Shown here: piece after piece, positions 37,093 to 47,429 of the stretch
How positions within the stretch are numbered: the first letter of the stretch is position 1
Layout: each line of letters starts with the position of its first letter
Source of the DNA: an uncultured Methanosarcinales archaeon
GTDB lineage: Archaea > Nanobdellota > Nanobdellia > Woesearchaeales > JAGVZT01
NCBI GenBank assembly: GCA_964419615.1
Contig: CAYQPU010000005.1
Coordinates: forward strand, 1 to 58,036
DNA: 58,036 nt
Reading direction: 5' to 3'
The notes under the pieces: model-generated
What the model saw: the letters and a program-made list of their open reading frames with translations, nothing else
Databases searched by the model: none
What the model was told of the DNA's origin: nothing
Translations under genes and position numbers: made by a program

Positions 37093-37395
37093 ACTGGCTG
37101 TACCAAAATTCTGTTTATAAATATTTCGTCGATAAAGAATATAATAATACAACCTATTTGGGTATAGCTCTTCTAAGCCTCAAATTTCCCAATTTAGACC
37201 TGTTGTCACTTGACAATAGGGAAGTACCTTTTTACATGAATGTTTGGAGTGATTTAAAAAGCTTTATCGACGGTATGAGTTGGTGTGATATATAAATTTA
37301 AGAGTCTAAAAAATTTAAGAAAATACAGTATTTAGATTATTAATAATTTACATTATTTTATAGTTTTTTTATAGCAATAAAAGTGATTAGAAATA

Positions 37396-37541
37396 TGGTG
37401 CGGAGAGCAGGATTTGAACCTGCGAAAGCACTAAGCTAACAGGTGTCTTCAAACCAAGTCGAATACCCGATTCACCTAAGCCTGTCCCGTATGACCTAAA
37501 ACCAGAATCCTGATTTTGTTTGGCCACTCCGGCATCTCCGC
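37396..37541 (-). tRNA. tRNA-Leu(TAG) with two introns: D-loop 21/22 (37491-37519) and 37/38 (37445-37474); CCA encoded
   Basis: Spliced GCGGAGATGCCGGAGTGGCCAA|ACGGGACAGGCTTAGG|ACCTGTTAGCTTAGTGCTTTCGCAGGTTCAAATCCTGCTCTCCGCACCA. Confidence 0.94.
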
Positions 37542-37574
37542 TTGGGTTATAGGGACAAAGTAATTATATTTAAA

Positions 37575-38852
37575 TTATTCTATTGAGAAAGAGTAGTCCA
37601 CATCTAGTTGATCTTTAACAGGTTCTAATCTTTTAATTACTTCTTGCAAATCTGCTCTGAATGATGGTTCAAGTTCAACAGCTCTCTTGAAATGAAAGTA
37701 TGCACTAGCATATTTTTTTGCACCAAGACTTATTGCACCAACATTTCTATGGATAGTGGCATTTTTTGGATCTAATTCAAGGGCTTTTTTAAAATTCTTT
37801 AGAGCATTTTCAAACTGGTCCAAGTTTGCATATGCATTGGCCAAGTTGTTAAAAATTTCTGAATCTTTGGGATCTAGCTTGCCTGCTTGTTCATATGCAT
37901 CTATGGCTCTCTTAAAATTACCAAGACTTGCATTTGCTTGACCTAAAAAGAAATATGATAATGGTGTGTTAGGTACAATTCCAATAACTTTTTCAAAGCA
38001 ATCAATTGCTTTTTTGAATTGCTCTGTTTTCATATAGCTTTTGCCCAAATTGAAATAAACATATACATAAGTTGAGTGATGTTCAACATTTTTAGTATCA
38101 CCAATTAATTCTGCTGATTTTTTAAAATATTCAATTGCTTTTGAATAATCTTCTTGTGCAAAATAAATTGAACCAACTTCAAAGTAAGGTTTTGGGTTAT
38201 CTGGTGTTTGCTTTATCTGTTCTTTTCCAATCTTAAGATATTTTTCAGTTTTCTCCTGGTCAAATTCTTCGCTTTTATCAACCCTGAAATGATGTATTGG
38301 AATGTTTGATTTTCCAATTTTCCTTTTCTGATCTTTGATTGAGGGCTCAATTAATTCATGGATCATTCCAGAAAATTTGTATTCTTTTTTGTTTTTGAAT
38401 AATCTTACTAATTCTGATGGAAACCAACCTTTGTAGTTTTTGCTTTCTTCATAATCATCATTATCAGAGGTAACCTCAAATGTTAGTGGTTTTAATTCAC
38501 TATAATAATTTCTCTGAATCAGTGTGTAAGCTTCAAAGTCCTTTGCAATTAGTAATTGAATTTTTTTGTGATCTTTTTTTGAGATTGTTTCATCAGCATC
38601 AAGAACCAATATCCAGTCTTTTGTTGCATGTTTTAAAGAGATATTTCTTGCTTCACTAAAGTTATCATTCCATTTATGTTCAATTACCTTGGCTCCAAAT
38701 TCTTTTGCTATTTTTGTAGTGTTATCTTTTGATCCTGTGTCAACAATTATAATTTCATCTACAATCTCTTTTACACTTTCAAGACAATTCCTTAAGAATT
38801 CTTCTTCATCCTTTGTTATCATACAAAGACTGATAGTTGGCTTTGGTGCCAT
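37575..38852 (-). CDS. GT2 glycosyltransferase with TPR repeats
   Basis: ISLCMITKDEE, VDTGSKD, FSEARN, LDADE; C-terminal TPRs. Confidence 0.9.
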   Translation of the reverse strand: MAPKPTISLCMITKDEEEFLRNCLESVKEIVDEIIIVDTGSKDNTTKIAKEFGAKVIEHKWNDNFSEARNISLKHATKDWILVLDADETISKKDHKKIQLLIAKDFEAYTLIQRNYYSELKPLTFEVTSDNDDYEESKNYKGWFPSELVRLFKNKKEYKFSGMIHELIEPSIKDQKRKIGKSNIPIHHFRVDKSEEFDQEKTEKYLKIGKEQIKQTPDNPKPYFEVGSIYFAQEDYSKAIEYFKKSAELIGDTKNVEHHSTYVYVYFNLGKSYMKTEQFKKAIDCFEKVIGIVPNTPLSYFFLGQANASLGNFKRAIDAYEQAGKLDPKDSEIFNNLANAYANLDQFENALKNFKKALELDPKNATIHRNVGAISLGAKKYASAYFHFKRAVELEPSFRADLQEVIKRLEPVKDQLDVDYSFSIE

Positions 38853-38854
38853 CT

Positions 38855-39022
38855 TTACTTTTGTTTACTCCAATTGTAATTTCTCATCTTGCTTGTTTTT
38901 CCATAACCACAAGATGAACATTCCTTCTTGGATTTATGATAGGTTCTTTTCCCACATCTTCTACAAACTATGTGGGTCTTGCCCCTACTCATTTTTCCTT
39001 TAGAAGGAGTTCCTTTTGTCAT
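38855..39022 (-). CDS. rpl37e: 50S ribosomal protein L37e (55 aa, absent from the ORF track)
   Basis: Manual translation MTKGTPSKGKMSRGKTHIVCRRCGKRTYHKSKKECSSCGYGKTSKMRNYNWSKQK; follows Sm, as is usual in archaea. Confidence 0.95.
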   Translation of the reverse strand: MTKGTPSKGKMSRGKTHIVCRRCGKRTYHKSKKECSSCGYGKTSKMRNYNWSKQK

Positions 39023-39024
39023 TT

Positions 39025-39252
39025 TTATGCAGGAGAGATTATCGTGATTGTATCTCCTCTAATAAATACTACACCTAATTTTCTTTTTGTCTTACCGTCT
39101 TCTCTTTCCTCAGCATCTTCGAGTACTACATTGATATGAATATCAAAAGATACTAAATTACCAAGGTACTGGCAACCGTTTTTCTGTTCTACAATAACTC
39201 TCTTATTTCTTGCATTATTTAATGCATCCAAAGGTCTTGATGTTTCAACCAT
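39025..39252 (-). CDS. Sm/LSm-like RNA-binding protein
   Basis: RPLDAL, SFDIHINVVL, FIRGDTI; start moved to MVETSRP. Confidence 0.92.
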   Translation of the reverse strand: MVETSRPLDALNNARNKRVIVEQKNGCQYLGNLVSFDIHINVVLEDAEEREDGKTKRKLGVVFIRGDTITIISPA

Positions 39253-39388
39253 AGTATTACACCCCACAAAATGATAATTCATGGTATTTAATCTTGGTTT
39301 ATAAAGTTTGCGTAAATACTGCATATTATTTATCTTATTGATCGTAAGCAAAACCTATTTAAATGGATAGATACTCCTTATATTAACA

Positions 39389-39763
39389 ATGCTAACTCAA
39401 TACAGATCAAAGAGAAAGGTCACAGGTGGTAGATACAAAAAATATCGAAGCAAAAGGCTTTTTGAAACCGCTAGAATCGCTTCTCTAACTAAATTAGGCG
39501 AGACAAGGTCATCTAAGATACCTACTCTTGGTGGAAACTCAAAAGATAGATTATACAGAGCTGAGTTTGCAAATATTATGGATCCAAAAACTAAAAAAGC
39601 TAAAAAAGCTAAAATTAAAACAATTCTTGAAAGTCCTGCAAACAGGCATTATGTCAGAAGAAACATCATGACAAAAGGAACTGTTATTGACACTGATCTA
39701 GGAAAAGCAAAGATCACATCAAGGCCTGGCCAAGATGGAACTGTTAATGCAGTGTTAGTTTGA
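39389..39763 (+). CDS. rps8e: 30S ribosomal protein S8e
   Basis: RSKRKVTGG, NRHYVRRNIMTKG, TSRPGQDG.VNAVL. Confidence 0.96.
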   Translation: MLTQYRSKRKVTGGRYKKYRSKRLFETARIASLTKLGETRSSKIPTLGGNSKDRLYRAEFANIMDPKTKKAKKAKIKTILESPANRHYVRRNIMTKGTVIDTDLGKAKITSRPGQDGTVNAVLV

Positions 39764-40156
39764 TTAAGCATATTCTTTATACAGATTTAAAAAAAGAGTT
39801 CCTATTTGAGGAACTGTGTAATGAGATATATCCTGTTGATCTTCTTCTTTACCAAATTTGCCTGGAAAGCACTCCAATATTAACTTTCTTTTTCTGTTTG
39901 GTTGATTAAATCTGTTTTGATCATACTTGCCACCAATACCCCTAAATCTTAGAATTCTTTCATGTCTGCAATCTTCATCTGTATACCTCTGACGCAAAGA
40001 CTGATAGCCAGTATTTTCCAGTCCTCTTTCATACAATACTGGGTCTTCTATTCGAACAAATGCAAGATAATCACATAACACAGCATATGTGAGGGCATCA
40101 TTAGTTCTGAGTGCTAGATTTCTTTCATCATCTAATTCACGAAATCTGTCATCCAT
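39764..40156 (-). CDS. Hypothetical protein
   Basis: 130-aa ORF; no motif recognised. Confidence 0.6.
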   Translation of the reverse strand: MDDRFRELDDERNLALRTNDALTYAVLCDYLAFVRIEDPVLYERGLENTGYQSLRQRYTDEDCRHERILRFRGIGGKYDQNRFNQPNRKRKLILECFPGKFGKEEDQQDISHYTVPQIGTLFLNLYKEYA

Positions 40157-40222
40157 AGTATGAAAAAGAGAAGTTTAAGTATATAAATTTATCGGTATTT
40201 TTTACTTATAAGTGGTAAAGCA

Positions 40223-43200
40223 TCATACCTTTTCAACCATTTCTTTAAACTTCTTTTTTTGTTTTATGAATTCATCTTGAGCTGATTTTGCTGTTTTCTT
40301 TTCTCTTGCAACTAAAAATAAAATACCTATTCCAACTCCAGGCACAACCACAAAGAAGATTATCAAGAATATTAACCAAGGGAAAGAATCAGTTGCCTCA
40401 GGCTCTTCTTTAATTGGCTTTACTTCAGGCTGAACAATACTGATACTTGCTTCAGCTTCTACCACAACTGTTGAAGTGTCTATTCTTTGGCCAGTTATAA
40501 CAAAATAACTAAATCCAGGTGATTCTGCAGAATAAAATAGATGTGTACTGTTTGATTTAATTTGCTTTGTTTCAAGCTTTGCCCATTCACCTGTCCATCT
40601 ATATAATGTGACTGTACTTGTATTAACCACATTTGCGGTTACCCAGTTTTTGCTAACTTGAAATTCAATATCAGCGCGAGATATAACACTATCATTAATA
40701 TTATCACTCAGCTCAAATTCAACATATTGGTAAACAGCTCCTCCTATGTCAGCTACAATATCAGGTTGTTCTACTAGATTTCGTACAGTTATCTCTGCTC
40801 CCAAAACTTCCTCGGATGCACTAAACGTGATCTTGCTTACTGAGATTTCAGGTTTGCTAATGTGCATTGTGTTTTCATCCAAACTAAGCACATCCCAACT
40901 TTTAGATTGGCTTACTTCTTCCTCATCTACTGTTGTAGGGACAAACCCGCCTCCACCTCCTCCACCTCCACTTGAAGTTGCTGTAGTACTCGCGGGTATT
41001 TCCTGAAATACACCTATGTGTTCAGGTCCAACTCCTGAGAAATGTGGGATTTTAAACCAGATCATGTTTTGATCAGTATCTTTATAGCAAAGATCTGTTA
41101 AGTTTTCATTTGTCTCATTGCAAACCACAACTGTGGAATTAAAATAAGATTCATATTCAGTGCCGATGTAATCAGCATAGTCATTCAAAGAACTATCTGT
41201 TGAAATGTTTGTTACATTATCTCCTGCTGAAGTATTCCAAATAACATTCCAATCATCATCGTACAACACAGGAATTGTTATGTTAATTTGAAGGCTTTCA
41301 TTAATTCCAGATTGGTTTACGTTTGCTTCCTGGTATGGAGCTCCAATTATAACATAGTCATAGATTTCTGGACCACTGCTTCCAAACCTCCAGGCTTGTG
41401 CAAAATAAGATGTATCATTGTTGTTTGTGGAATTAGAATCAAACAATGCGTCTGGTGGGCCAGATGCAAGTAGGTCAACATTCACATAATGTACTGTGAT
41501 ATTATCAACATTCCTCATTCTAAAACTAATTGGTGCTCCGCCCATAACAACTGATAATGGTTTTACATGACTTTTATTTGTCTCTCCAGCCGAAAACAAA
41601 CTGCAAGAACTATTGTAATTAGGAATATCACATTCACTACTAAATGAAATCATGTCAACATAAAGATCTCCAAGAGAATCTCCATCTGGGTCTTGTACAT
41701 CAAATGGATCATTTAAAGTTAGGTTTACTTCAGAAGATAACTGGAAAACAGTAAATGATTTTTTTGTTGGTGCACCAGATGATGAGTAAACATTAATTCT
41801 CTCAATACCTGATATGTTCAACAAAGGTATTGAGAACGTACCATTTGTGTTTTGGCTAACATCTCTCATTAATGTAAAGTTAGTTTGATTGTATGAATTG
41901 TAACTAAGCTCAATTTCAACAAATGCAAAATCATTAATAAATGAGCCTGTACTGTTGTAAATGATAATTTCTTTTTGTTTTAATGGTATACTTTGCTGTC
42001 CGTTTTGTCCATTAACTGTAAGATTTGAGTTGCTTCCGAGGAGTTTGTACAGTGTGAAGTTAACCTCACTAGGAGTTGTATTGTAACTTAATGAAACTTC
42101 CTGGAACCCACCATAATATTCAGAACTATTTTCTACAATAGCAAATAAAATTATTGTTGAATTTTCCACAGGTGCAACAAGTGATATGTTAAATGCACCC
42201 GTACTTAAGTTATAAAAATCATCTGCTGTAAAATTAAACATTGCAGGAGCATTATCTCCAAAGAACATCATTCTCCCAGGTTCTAATAGATACGACACAA
42301 TACTAAATGAATCAAATCCAGCTGAGTTGTTAATAGTTACATAACCAGTCAGTCTTTCCATTGATTCAGTACAATTGAAATTTTTTGCATAGTAATTTGA
42401 TAAGTTGGTTACATCTGCACTTACTGGAAAACTTCCATTTGGATAAATCATTATTGAATAGTTTCGATCATTTGGGACTGCTACCTCAACATTCAAAGAG
42501 TAGGAATTAAAATTATTTTGAATTGAATAACCTAATTTCTGATCTTTAATTTGATATTGGAAATATATTGGTGAACCAGAAGCATTTACAGCAGAAAAAT
42601 TAAGTGTTGCAGCTTGTTTAACATAAAAATCGACTGGTGCAACATTTTCAAGCTCAAAATATGGAAATTCTGGTAAAGATGCACCTATATAGTCAACAAG
42701 ACTTCCATTGTAATGCTTTACAACTGGCTTGTAAAATGCATCATTATAAATTCTTATATTTGAAACATTAAAATATCCAGTATTATTGCTTAACACTGAA
42801 AAAGATGAATTTAACACAGGCCCTTGACCAGGTACAATAAAATAAACATCCACTGTGACATTTGTGTTATTAATTATGGACCCATTTGGATATTTAGTGT
42901 ATCCATATAAATCAAAGTATTCTATTAAAGTTCCATCAACTGTTAAACTCCTATTTGCACTCCAAATTTTTTGACCAACTGTATCATATGCCAAGCAAGC
43001 CCAAGTATAAGTTCCATTGTGCATGCTAATTGTCCAAGTCTTATTAATCGATCTTCCAACATTGGATTGGGAAAGGTTAATAGCAAATGATTGATTAGTT
43101 TTGTTTGTTAAGTATAAACTAATATTGAATATTCCTTGGTCATCAGTTGCATAACAATTAAAACTTACATCAACTGGATCTGTTGAATTTTTTAATGAAT

Positions 43201-44362
43201 TATGATCTGGACTTCCAAGAGATAATACTGGGGTTTCATCTTGTCCTGCACTGAATGCATAGATGTTTTGATCTGAACTTGCCATAAACACAATTCCGTT
43301 TGCAATTGCAGGAGAATTAAATGAAGAAATGGACATTGAATAGTTCCACATGTGAGCTCCATTTGAAAGATTAATTGCTGTTAAACCTACATCAGTTCCA
43401 ACAAATAAAAGATTTGATGAAATTACTGGTGAAGAGGTTATGTCATAAGTTGTAGTATAATTCCAAACTTGTGCTCCAGTGCTGGCATTGATTGCATAAA
43501 GCAAATCATCGTCACTTCCAACATACACAATTCCATTGGTATATGCTGGAGATGATTCAATATAATCACCAGTTGTAAAGTTCCATAAATGCTGACCTGT
43601 GCTAGCATTTAATGCATAGAAATTTGTGTCTATACTTCCAATAAATAATCGTCCATCTGCAACTGCCACTGATGCAGTTACATCTCCTCCTGTTGAATAG
43701 TTCCAAATATGTGTTCCATTAAAAACATCTATTGCATAAACACTATTGTCTGACCATCCACTTCCAAAGTAAACATAGTTATTGGAAACTGCTGGAGCTG
43801 ATGTTATAGCATAACTGGTTGTATAATTCCATAGTTGTGTTCCATCTGAAAAGTTAAGGGCATAAAGATTATAATCACTGCTGCCAATAAACACAGCTTG
43901 TGATGAGACTGCTGGTGAAGAATATGATATTGTTCCTCCTGTAGTAAAGTTCCATACTTGCGTTCCATTTGTTACATTTATTGCGTAAACTCTGTTATCA
44001 TCACTTCCAATATAGACTACTCCTTGAGAAACAGCTGGTGAAGAATCAATTCTATCTCCAGTTGTATAATTCCATATGTGTTGACCAGTTGTGGCATTTA
44101 ATGCATATATTTTTTTGTCTCTGCTTCCAATATACAGTACATCATCAGCTATTGCTGAGCTCATCGAGTTGATACTTCCATTGGTTGTGAAGTTCCACAA
44201 TACTCCCATATTGGTGATGTTTACAGTATCTGGATAAAATCTTGTATTGTTTAGGTTTCTGCCAAACATTTTCCATTCAAGTGTTGAGCTGGAATCAGAA
44301 TCTGCTGTTATTAAGGAGATTAGTAGAAGAATCAGTGTAACAACTAAGATCCCCTTTTTCAT
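40223..44362 (-). CDS. Large surface protein: PQQ/BamB-like beta-propeller repeats, Asn-rich middle, PGF-pre-PGF-like domain, C-terminal TM
   Basis: Eight WN(F/Y)(T/S)T...SSPA...YIGS.D repeats; many N-x-S/T sequons; SPGFSYFVI; start MKKGILV. Confidence 0.85.
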   Translation of the reverse strand: MKKGILVVTLILLLISLITADSDSSSTLEWKMFGRNLNNTRFYPDTVNITNMGVLWNFTTNGSINSMSSAIADDVLYIGSRDKKIYALNATTGQHIWNYTTGDRIDSSPAVSQGVVYIGSDDNRVYAINVTNGTQVWNFTTGGTISYSSPAVSSQAVFIGSSDYNLYALNFSDGTQLWNYTTSYAITSAPAVSNNYVYFGSGWSDNSVYAIDVFNGTHIWNYSTGGDVTASVAVADGRLFIGSIDTNFYALNASTGQHLWNFTTGDYIESSPAYTNGIVYVGSDDDLLYAINASTGAQVWNYTTTYDITSSPVISSNLLFVGTDVGLTAINLSNGAHMWNYSMSISSFNSPAIANGIVFMASSDQNIYAFSAGQDETPVLSLGSPDHNSLKNSTDPVDVSFNCYATDDQGIFNISLYLTNKTNQSFAINLSQSNVGRSINKTWTISMHNGTYTWACLAYDTVGQKIWSANRSLTVDGTLIEYFDLYGYTKYPNGSIINNTNVTVDVYFIVPGQGPVLNSSFSVLSNNTGYFNVSNIRIYNDAFYKPVVKHYNGSLVDYIGASLPEFPYFELENVAPVDFYVKQAATLNFSAVNASGSPIYFQYQIKDQKLGYSIQNNFNSYSLNVEVAVPNDRNYSIMIYPNGSFPVSADVTNLSNYYAKNFNCTESMERLTGYVTINNSAGFDSFSIVSYLLEPGRMMFFGDNAPAMFNFTADDFYNLSTGAFNISLVAPVENSTIILFAIVENSSEYYGGFQEVSLSYNTTPSEVNFTLYKLLGSNSNLTVNGQNGQQSIPLKQKEIIIYNSTGSFINDFAFVEIELSYNSYNQTNFTLMRDVSQNTNGTFSIPLLNISGIERINVYSSSGAPTKKSFTVFQLSSEVNLTLNDPFDVQDPDGDSLGDLYVDMISFSSECDIPNYNSSCSLFSAGETNKSHVKPLSVVMGGAPISFRMRNVDNITVHYVNVDLLASGPPDALFDSNSTNNNDTSYFAQAWRFGSSGPEIYDYVIIGAPYQEANVNQSGINESLQINITIPVLYDDDWNVIWNTSAGDNVTNISTDSSLNDYADYIGTEYESYFNSTVVVCNETNENLTDLCYKDTDQNMIWFKIPHFSGVGPEHIGVFQEIPASTTATSSGGGGGGGGFVPTTVDEEEVSQSKSWDVLSLDENTMHISKPEISVSKITFSASEEVLGAEITVRNLVEQPDIVADIGGAVYQYVEFELSDNINDSVISRADIEFQVSKNWVTANVVNTSTVTLYRWTGEWAKLETKQIKSNSTHLFYSAESPGFSYFVITGQRIDTSTVVVEAEASISIVQPEVKPIKEEPEATDSFPWLIFLIIFFVVVPGVGIGILFLVAREKKTAKSAQDEFIKQKKKFKEMVEKV

Positions 44363-44466
44363 ACAAAAATTGATATTTGATAAGTATTTAAATTTTATTA
44401 AGTTTATAATACACAATATTTATGAATAATTAGAAAAATATAAAAATCCCAAAATCAATTCAAATA

Positions 44467-44925
44467 GTGAGGCAAATGGATTGTGATATGTGTGGTTCTA
44501 AAAAAGCAGTTCTTAAAACAGTAGTTGAGGGAGCAGTTCTAAATTTGTGTGTTGGCTGCAGTTCTTATGGAAATGTTATTGAAAAGATAAGACCAAAACC
44601 TATTGTTAAAAAACAAAGATCAATCCAGATTCCCAAAAAAGAGGAATCTATTTTGCTCATTTCAAAGGACTATGCTAGTAGAATAAAAAACAGAAGAGAA
44701 AGGCTTGGACTTAAGCAAGAAGAATTTGCTAAAAAGATTAATGAAAAAGAGTCATTGATGAGCAAAATTGAATCTGGGACTGTTGAACCTAACTTAAGTC
44801 TAGCTAGAAAAATTGAAAAGTTCTTAAAGATTGACCTTGTTGAAGAGCACAAAGAAAATAGTGAGTTTAAATCAAAATCAAGTAGCGGTGTTGTAACAAT
44901 AGGAGATCTAATTAATATCAAATGA
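44467..44925 (+). CDS. Archaeal multiprotein bridging factor aMBF1
   Basis: N-terminal CxxC/CxxC ribbon plus HTH (LKQEEFAKKINEKES..KIESG); VTIGD tail. Confidence 0.92.
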   Translation: MRQMDCDMCGSKKAVLKTVVEGAVLNLCVGCSSYGNVIEKIRPKPIVKKQRSIQIPKKEESILLISKDYASRIKNRRERLGLKQEEFAKKINEKESLMSKIESGTVEPNLSLARKIEKFLKIDLVEEHKENSEFKSKSSSGVVTIGDLINIK

Positions 44926-44926
44926 A

Positions 44927-46177
44927 CTAATCATTCTTGTTCCAAATATTTTTTTGGTGTTTGTTAAAAATCTCTGGTACTGCTAGGATATAAAATACCA
45001 TTAATACTAACCAGAACGGAAACATGAATAGTACAGGAATCAAATGCCAGAAGTCAAACTTCTTGTCAAATTTGAAAATTGCCACAAAGTATAATGGATA
45101 AGACAAAAGTGTAGCCATAATTCCAATTAGTGTCACAAAACTAAGTGGACTATTTCCAAGTAAAACATTTCCAACCCATTTGATAAAACCAATAATAGAT
45201 AACCAATCAATAAAGAAATTAACAACACTAAGATTAAAGATCACACCTTGTGAAAAATAATAAGTTATGTAGCCTGTTATTATCTGGTATAATGTAAATG
45301 AACCCATTATTGCTGCCTGCACATAAGAGAATAAAAGCAGTGGAAGAGTTAGAACATCTATGTAGGTTTTATTTATTTTAAGATGTTTTTTAAGTATGTT
45401 TACAAGCCCTCTTGAAAGTCGCACTCTTTGTTTTACAAATTCTTTTAATGTGTGTGGGTTGTATGTTTCAGAAATTGCTTTTTCACAAAAACTAACTTTA
45501 TACCCTTTTCGTATTAGTCTGATTGTAACATCAGTATCTTCACAATAACCTTCTGTACTAAATCCACCTATTTCCTTTAATTGCTTTGTTCTATAGATGC
45601 TAAGAGCGCCAGGTGTGACAATATTAGCGTTTATTTTTGAAATCATGTACCTTATCATAGAATTGTATAGCTGTTCTATGTGTGGCCACATGCACAGAAA
45701 TTTCCTTCTATTTTTTACTTTAACTATGCCTGTTGCTGCAACAACGTCTTTTCTTCCAAGTTCTCTTGACAATTCAACCAGTGCATTCTTTTCAATACAA
45801 CTATCTGAATCCACAATAGCAATTAGCTCGCCTGTTGCATACTTAAGTGCTTTATTAATTGAAGCGGATTTACCTGAATGATTGTTTTGAATAAATTTAA
45901 TCCCCTTAATTTTTTTAACAATTTCTGCAGTTCTATCCGTGCTTCCATCATCAACAACAATAATTTGTTTTTTTCCAGAAAATACCGCTTTTTTGGCATA
46001 ATTTATTGCCTCTTTAATGTAAGCTTCTTCATTATGTGCGGGCATAATTATTGTAATGCTTATAAATTTCTTTTTTATTGGTGGTTTAACTGGTTTGTAA
46101 AATAATAAGAAATAATAGTATATCAAGCTAGCTAAAAAAATTGTAGTGATCAAAGAAACCAATACATTTTGGATCAT
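44927..46177 (-). CDS. Membrane GT2 glycosyltransferase (cellulose-synthase-like/PgaC-like)
   Basis: DDGS, DSD, EDTD, degenerate QxxRW (QRVRL); TM helices. Confidence 0.85.
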   Translation of the reverse strand: MIQNVLVSLITTIFLASLIYYYFLLFYKPVKPPIKKKFISITIIMPAHNEEAYIKEAINYAKKAVFSGKKQIIVVDDGSTDRTAEIVKKIKGIKFIQNNHSGKSASINKALKYATGELIAIVDSDSCIEKNALVELSRELGRKDVVAATGIVKVKNRRKFLCMWPHIEQLYNSMIRYMISKINANIVTPGALSIYRTKQLKEIGGFSTEGYCEDTDVTIRLIRKGYKVSFCEKAISETYNPHTLKEFVKQRVRLSRGLVNILKKHLKINKTYIDVLTLPLLLFSYVQAAIMGSFTLYQIITGYITYYFSQGVIFNLSVVNFFIDWLSIIGFIKWVGNVLLGNSPLSFVTLIGIMATLLSYPLYFVAIFKFDKKFDFWHLIPVLFMFPFWLVLMVFYILAVPEIFNKHQKNIWNKND

Positions 46178-46178
46178 T

Positions 46179-47429
46179 TTACATTATGTCCTGATTAGCA
46201 CTTTTTGGTGTGCAATACCAGCTTAGTTTGCTATTGAGTAATGCCTTAATAAATGCATAACTCTGGGCTGTTGAAAGAACTACTCCTACTGTAAATGCTG
46301 AAATAATGAAGTACTTAAATTCATTTAAAAGATTACGTTTCGCCAAGGTTATGGAGCCTATCAACAAAAATCCTCCTGTGTAAATAAATTTACTTACAAG
46401 AGTTATTACATCTGATAGTTTGAACAGTGTTGCCTCACCTAAAAACCATCCTGCAAAACCAAAGAATGTCATTATTACAACAAAAGGTGCAGTTATATTT
46501 GCTAAAGTAATAAACGTGATCATTACTCTTTGCTGTATGCTTAATCCGGGATTAAAGATAATTTTCTTTGCATTGTCCAAAAATACTCTTGTATTCCCAT
46601 AACACCATCTCATTTGCTGTTTTACAAAACTTTCAAATGTATCTGGAACTTCTGAAGGTGTTTCAAAATCAAAATAAACTGTTTTGTACCCTTTAATTAG
46701 AAGCTTAACACTTAACTCTGAATCTTCAGTTATACTATTCATGTTCCAGCCACCAACTTCGTCAAAAGCACTTCTTCTAATTGCGCCTGCGGTTCCACAA
46801 AAGAAAACACAATTGATTCTATTATTAATTGGCATGACAATTGTATGGTAGACCATTAACAGGTATGCTGCAAATCTGGTTACCAAATTTGTATCTTTGT
46901 TGTAAAATCCCTGTCTGGTTTGCACAATTGCCACTTTTGGGTCTGAAAAAGGATTAACAACTCTTTTTAAAAAATCTTTTTGAGGAATCCAATCTGCATC
47001 AAAGACAACAAGGACTTCTCCTTTTGTTATTTTCATTGCATTCCTGAGTGCTCCCGGCTTATAGCCAGATCTATTATCTCTATGAATATACTTAATAAAA
47101 CCAGGATTATCAATTGCATATTTTTTTAGTTTCTTTTGAGTTTCCTTATTTGTGCTGTCATCAACAATAATTATTTCATATCTGTTTTTTGGATAGTTAA
47201 ACTGCATACATTTTTCAACACATCTAGCAGCAATAGGATCATTAAATGTTGGAACCTGAACGCTTACAAAAGGAAGTTTTTTCGGTTTTTTATACTCCTT
47301 TTCATTTGGTTTGTTAACAAAGAGGTTAAGCATTATTAATATTAGAAATAATACTGAAAAAAAGGCTATTGGCAATAAAGCAAGATTGTACATAAATAAA
47401 GCAATGTCTTGAGGTCCTATCTTACTCAC
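46179..47429 (-). CDS. Membrane GT2 glycosyltransferase (cellulose-synthase-like)
   Basis: DDS, GYKPGAL, FDADW, TED, QQMRW. Confidence 0.88.
   Translation of the reverse strand: MSKIGPQDIALFMYNLALLPIAFFSVLFLILIMLNLFVNKPNEKEYKKPKKLPFVSVQVPTFNDPIAARCVEKCMQFNYPKNRYEIIIVDDSTNKETQKKLKKYAIDNPGFIKYIHRDNRSGYKPGALRNAMKITKGEVLVVFDADWIPQKDFLKRVVNPFSDPKVAIVQTRQGFYNKDTNLVTRFAAYLLMVYHTIVMPINNRINCVFFCGTAGAIRRSAFDEVGGWNMNSITEDSELSVKLLIKGYKTVYFDFETPSEVPDTFESFVKQQMRWCYGNTRVFLDNAKKIIFNPGLSIQQRVMITFITLANITAPFVVIMTFFGFAGWFLGEATLFKLSDVITLVSKFIYTGGFLLIGSITLAKRNLLNEFKYFIISAFTVGVVLSTAQSYAFIKALLNSKLSWYCTPKSANQDIM

Noticed and set aside
37068-37295. 75-aa plus-strand ORF upstream of the S-layer gene
   Set aside because: Overlaps the S-layer promoter and structured UTR on the other strand; no protein features.
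43240-44200. Regularly spaced DNA repeats (about 120-nt period) that might suggest a CRISPR-like array
   Set aside because: They are degenerate codon-level repeats of the PQQ-like protein motif inside an open frame; no cas genes in the window.
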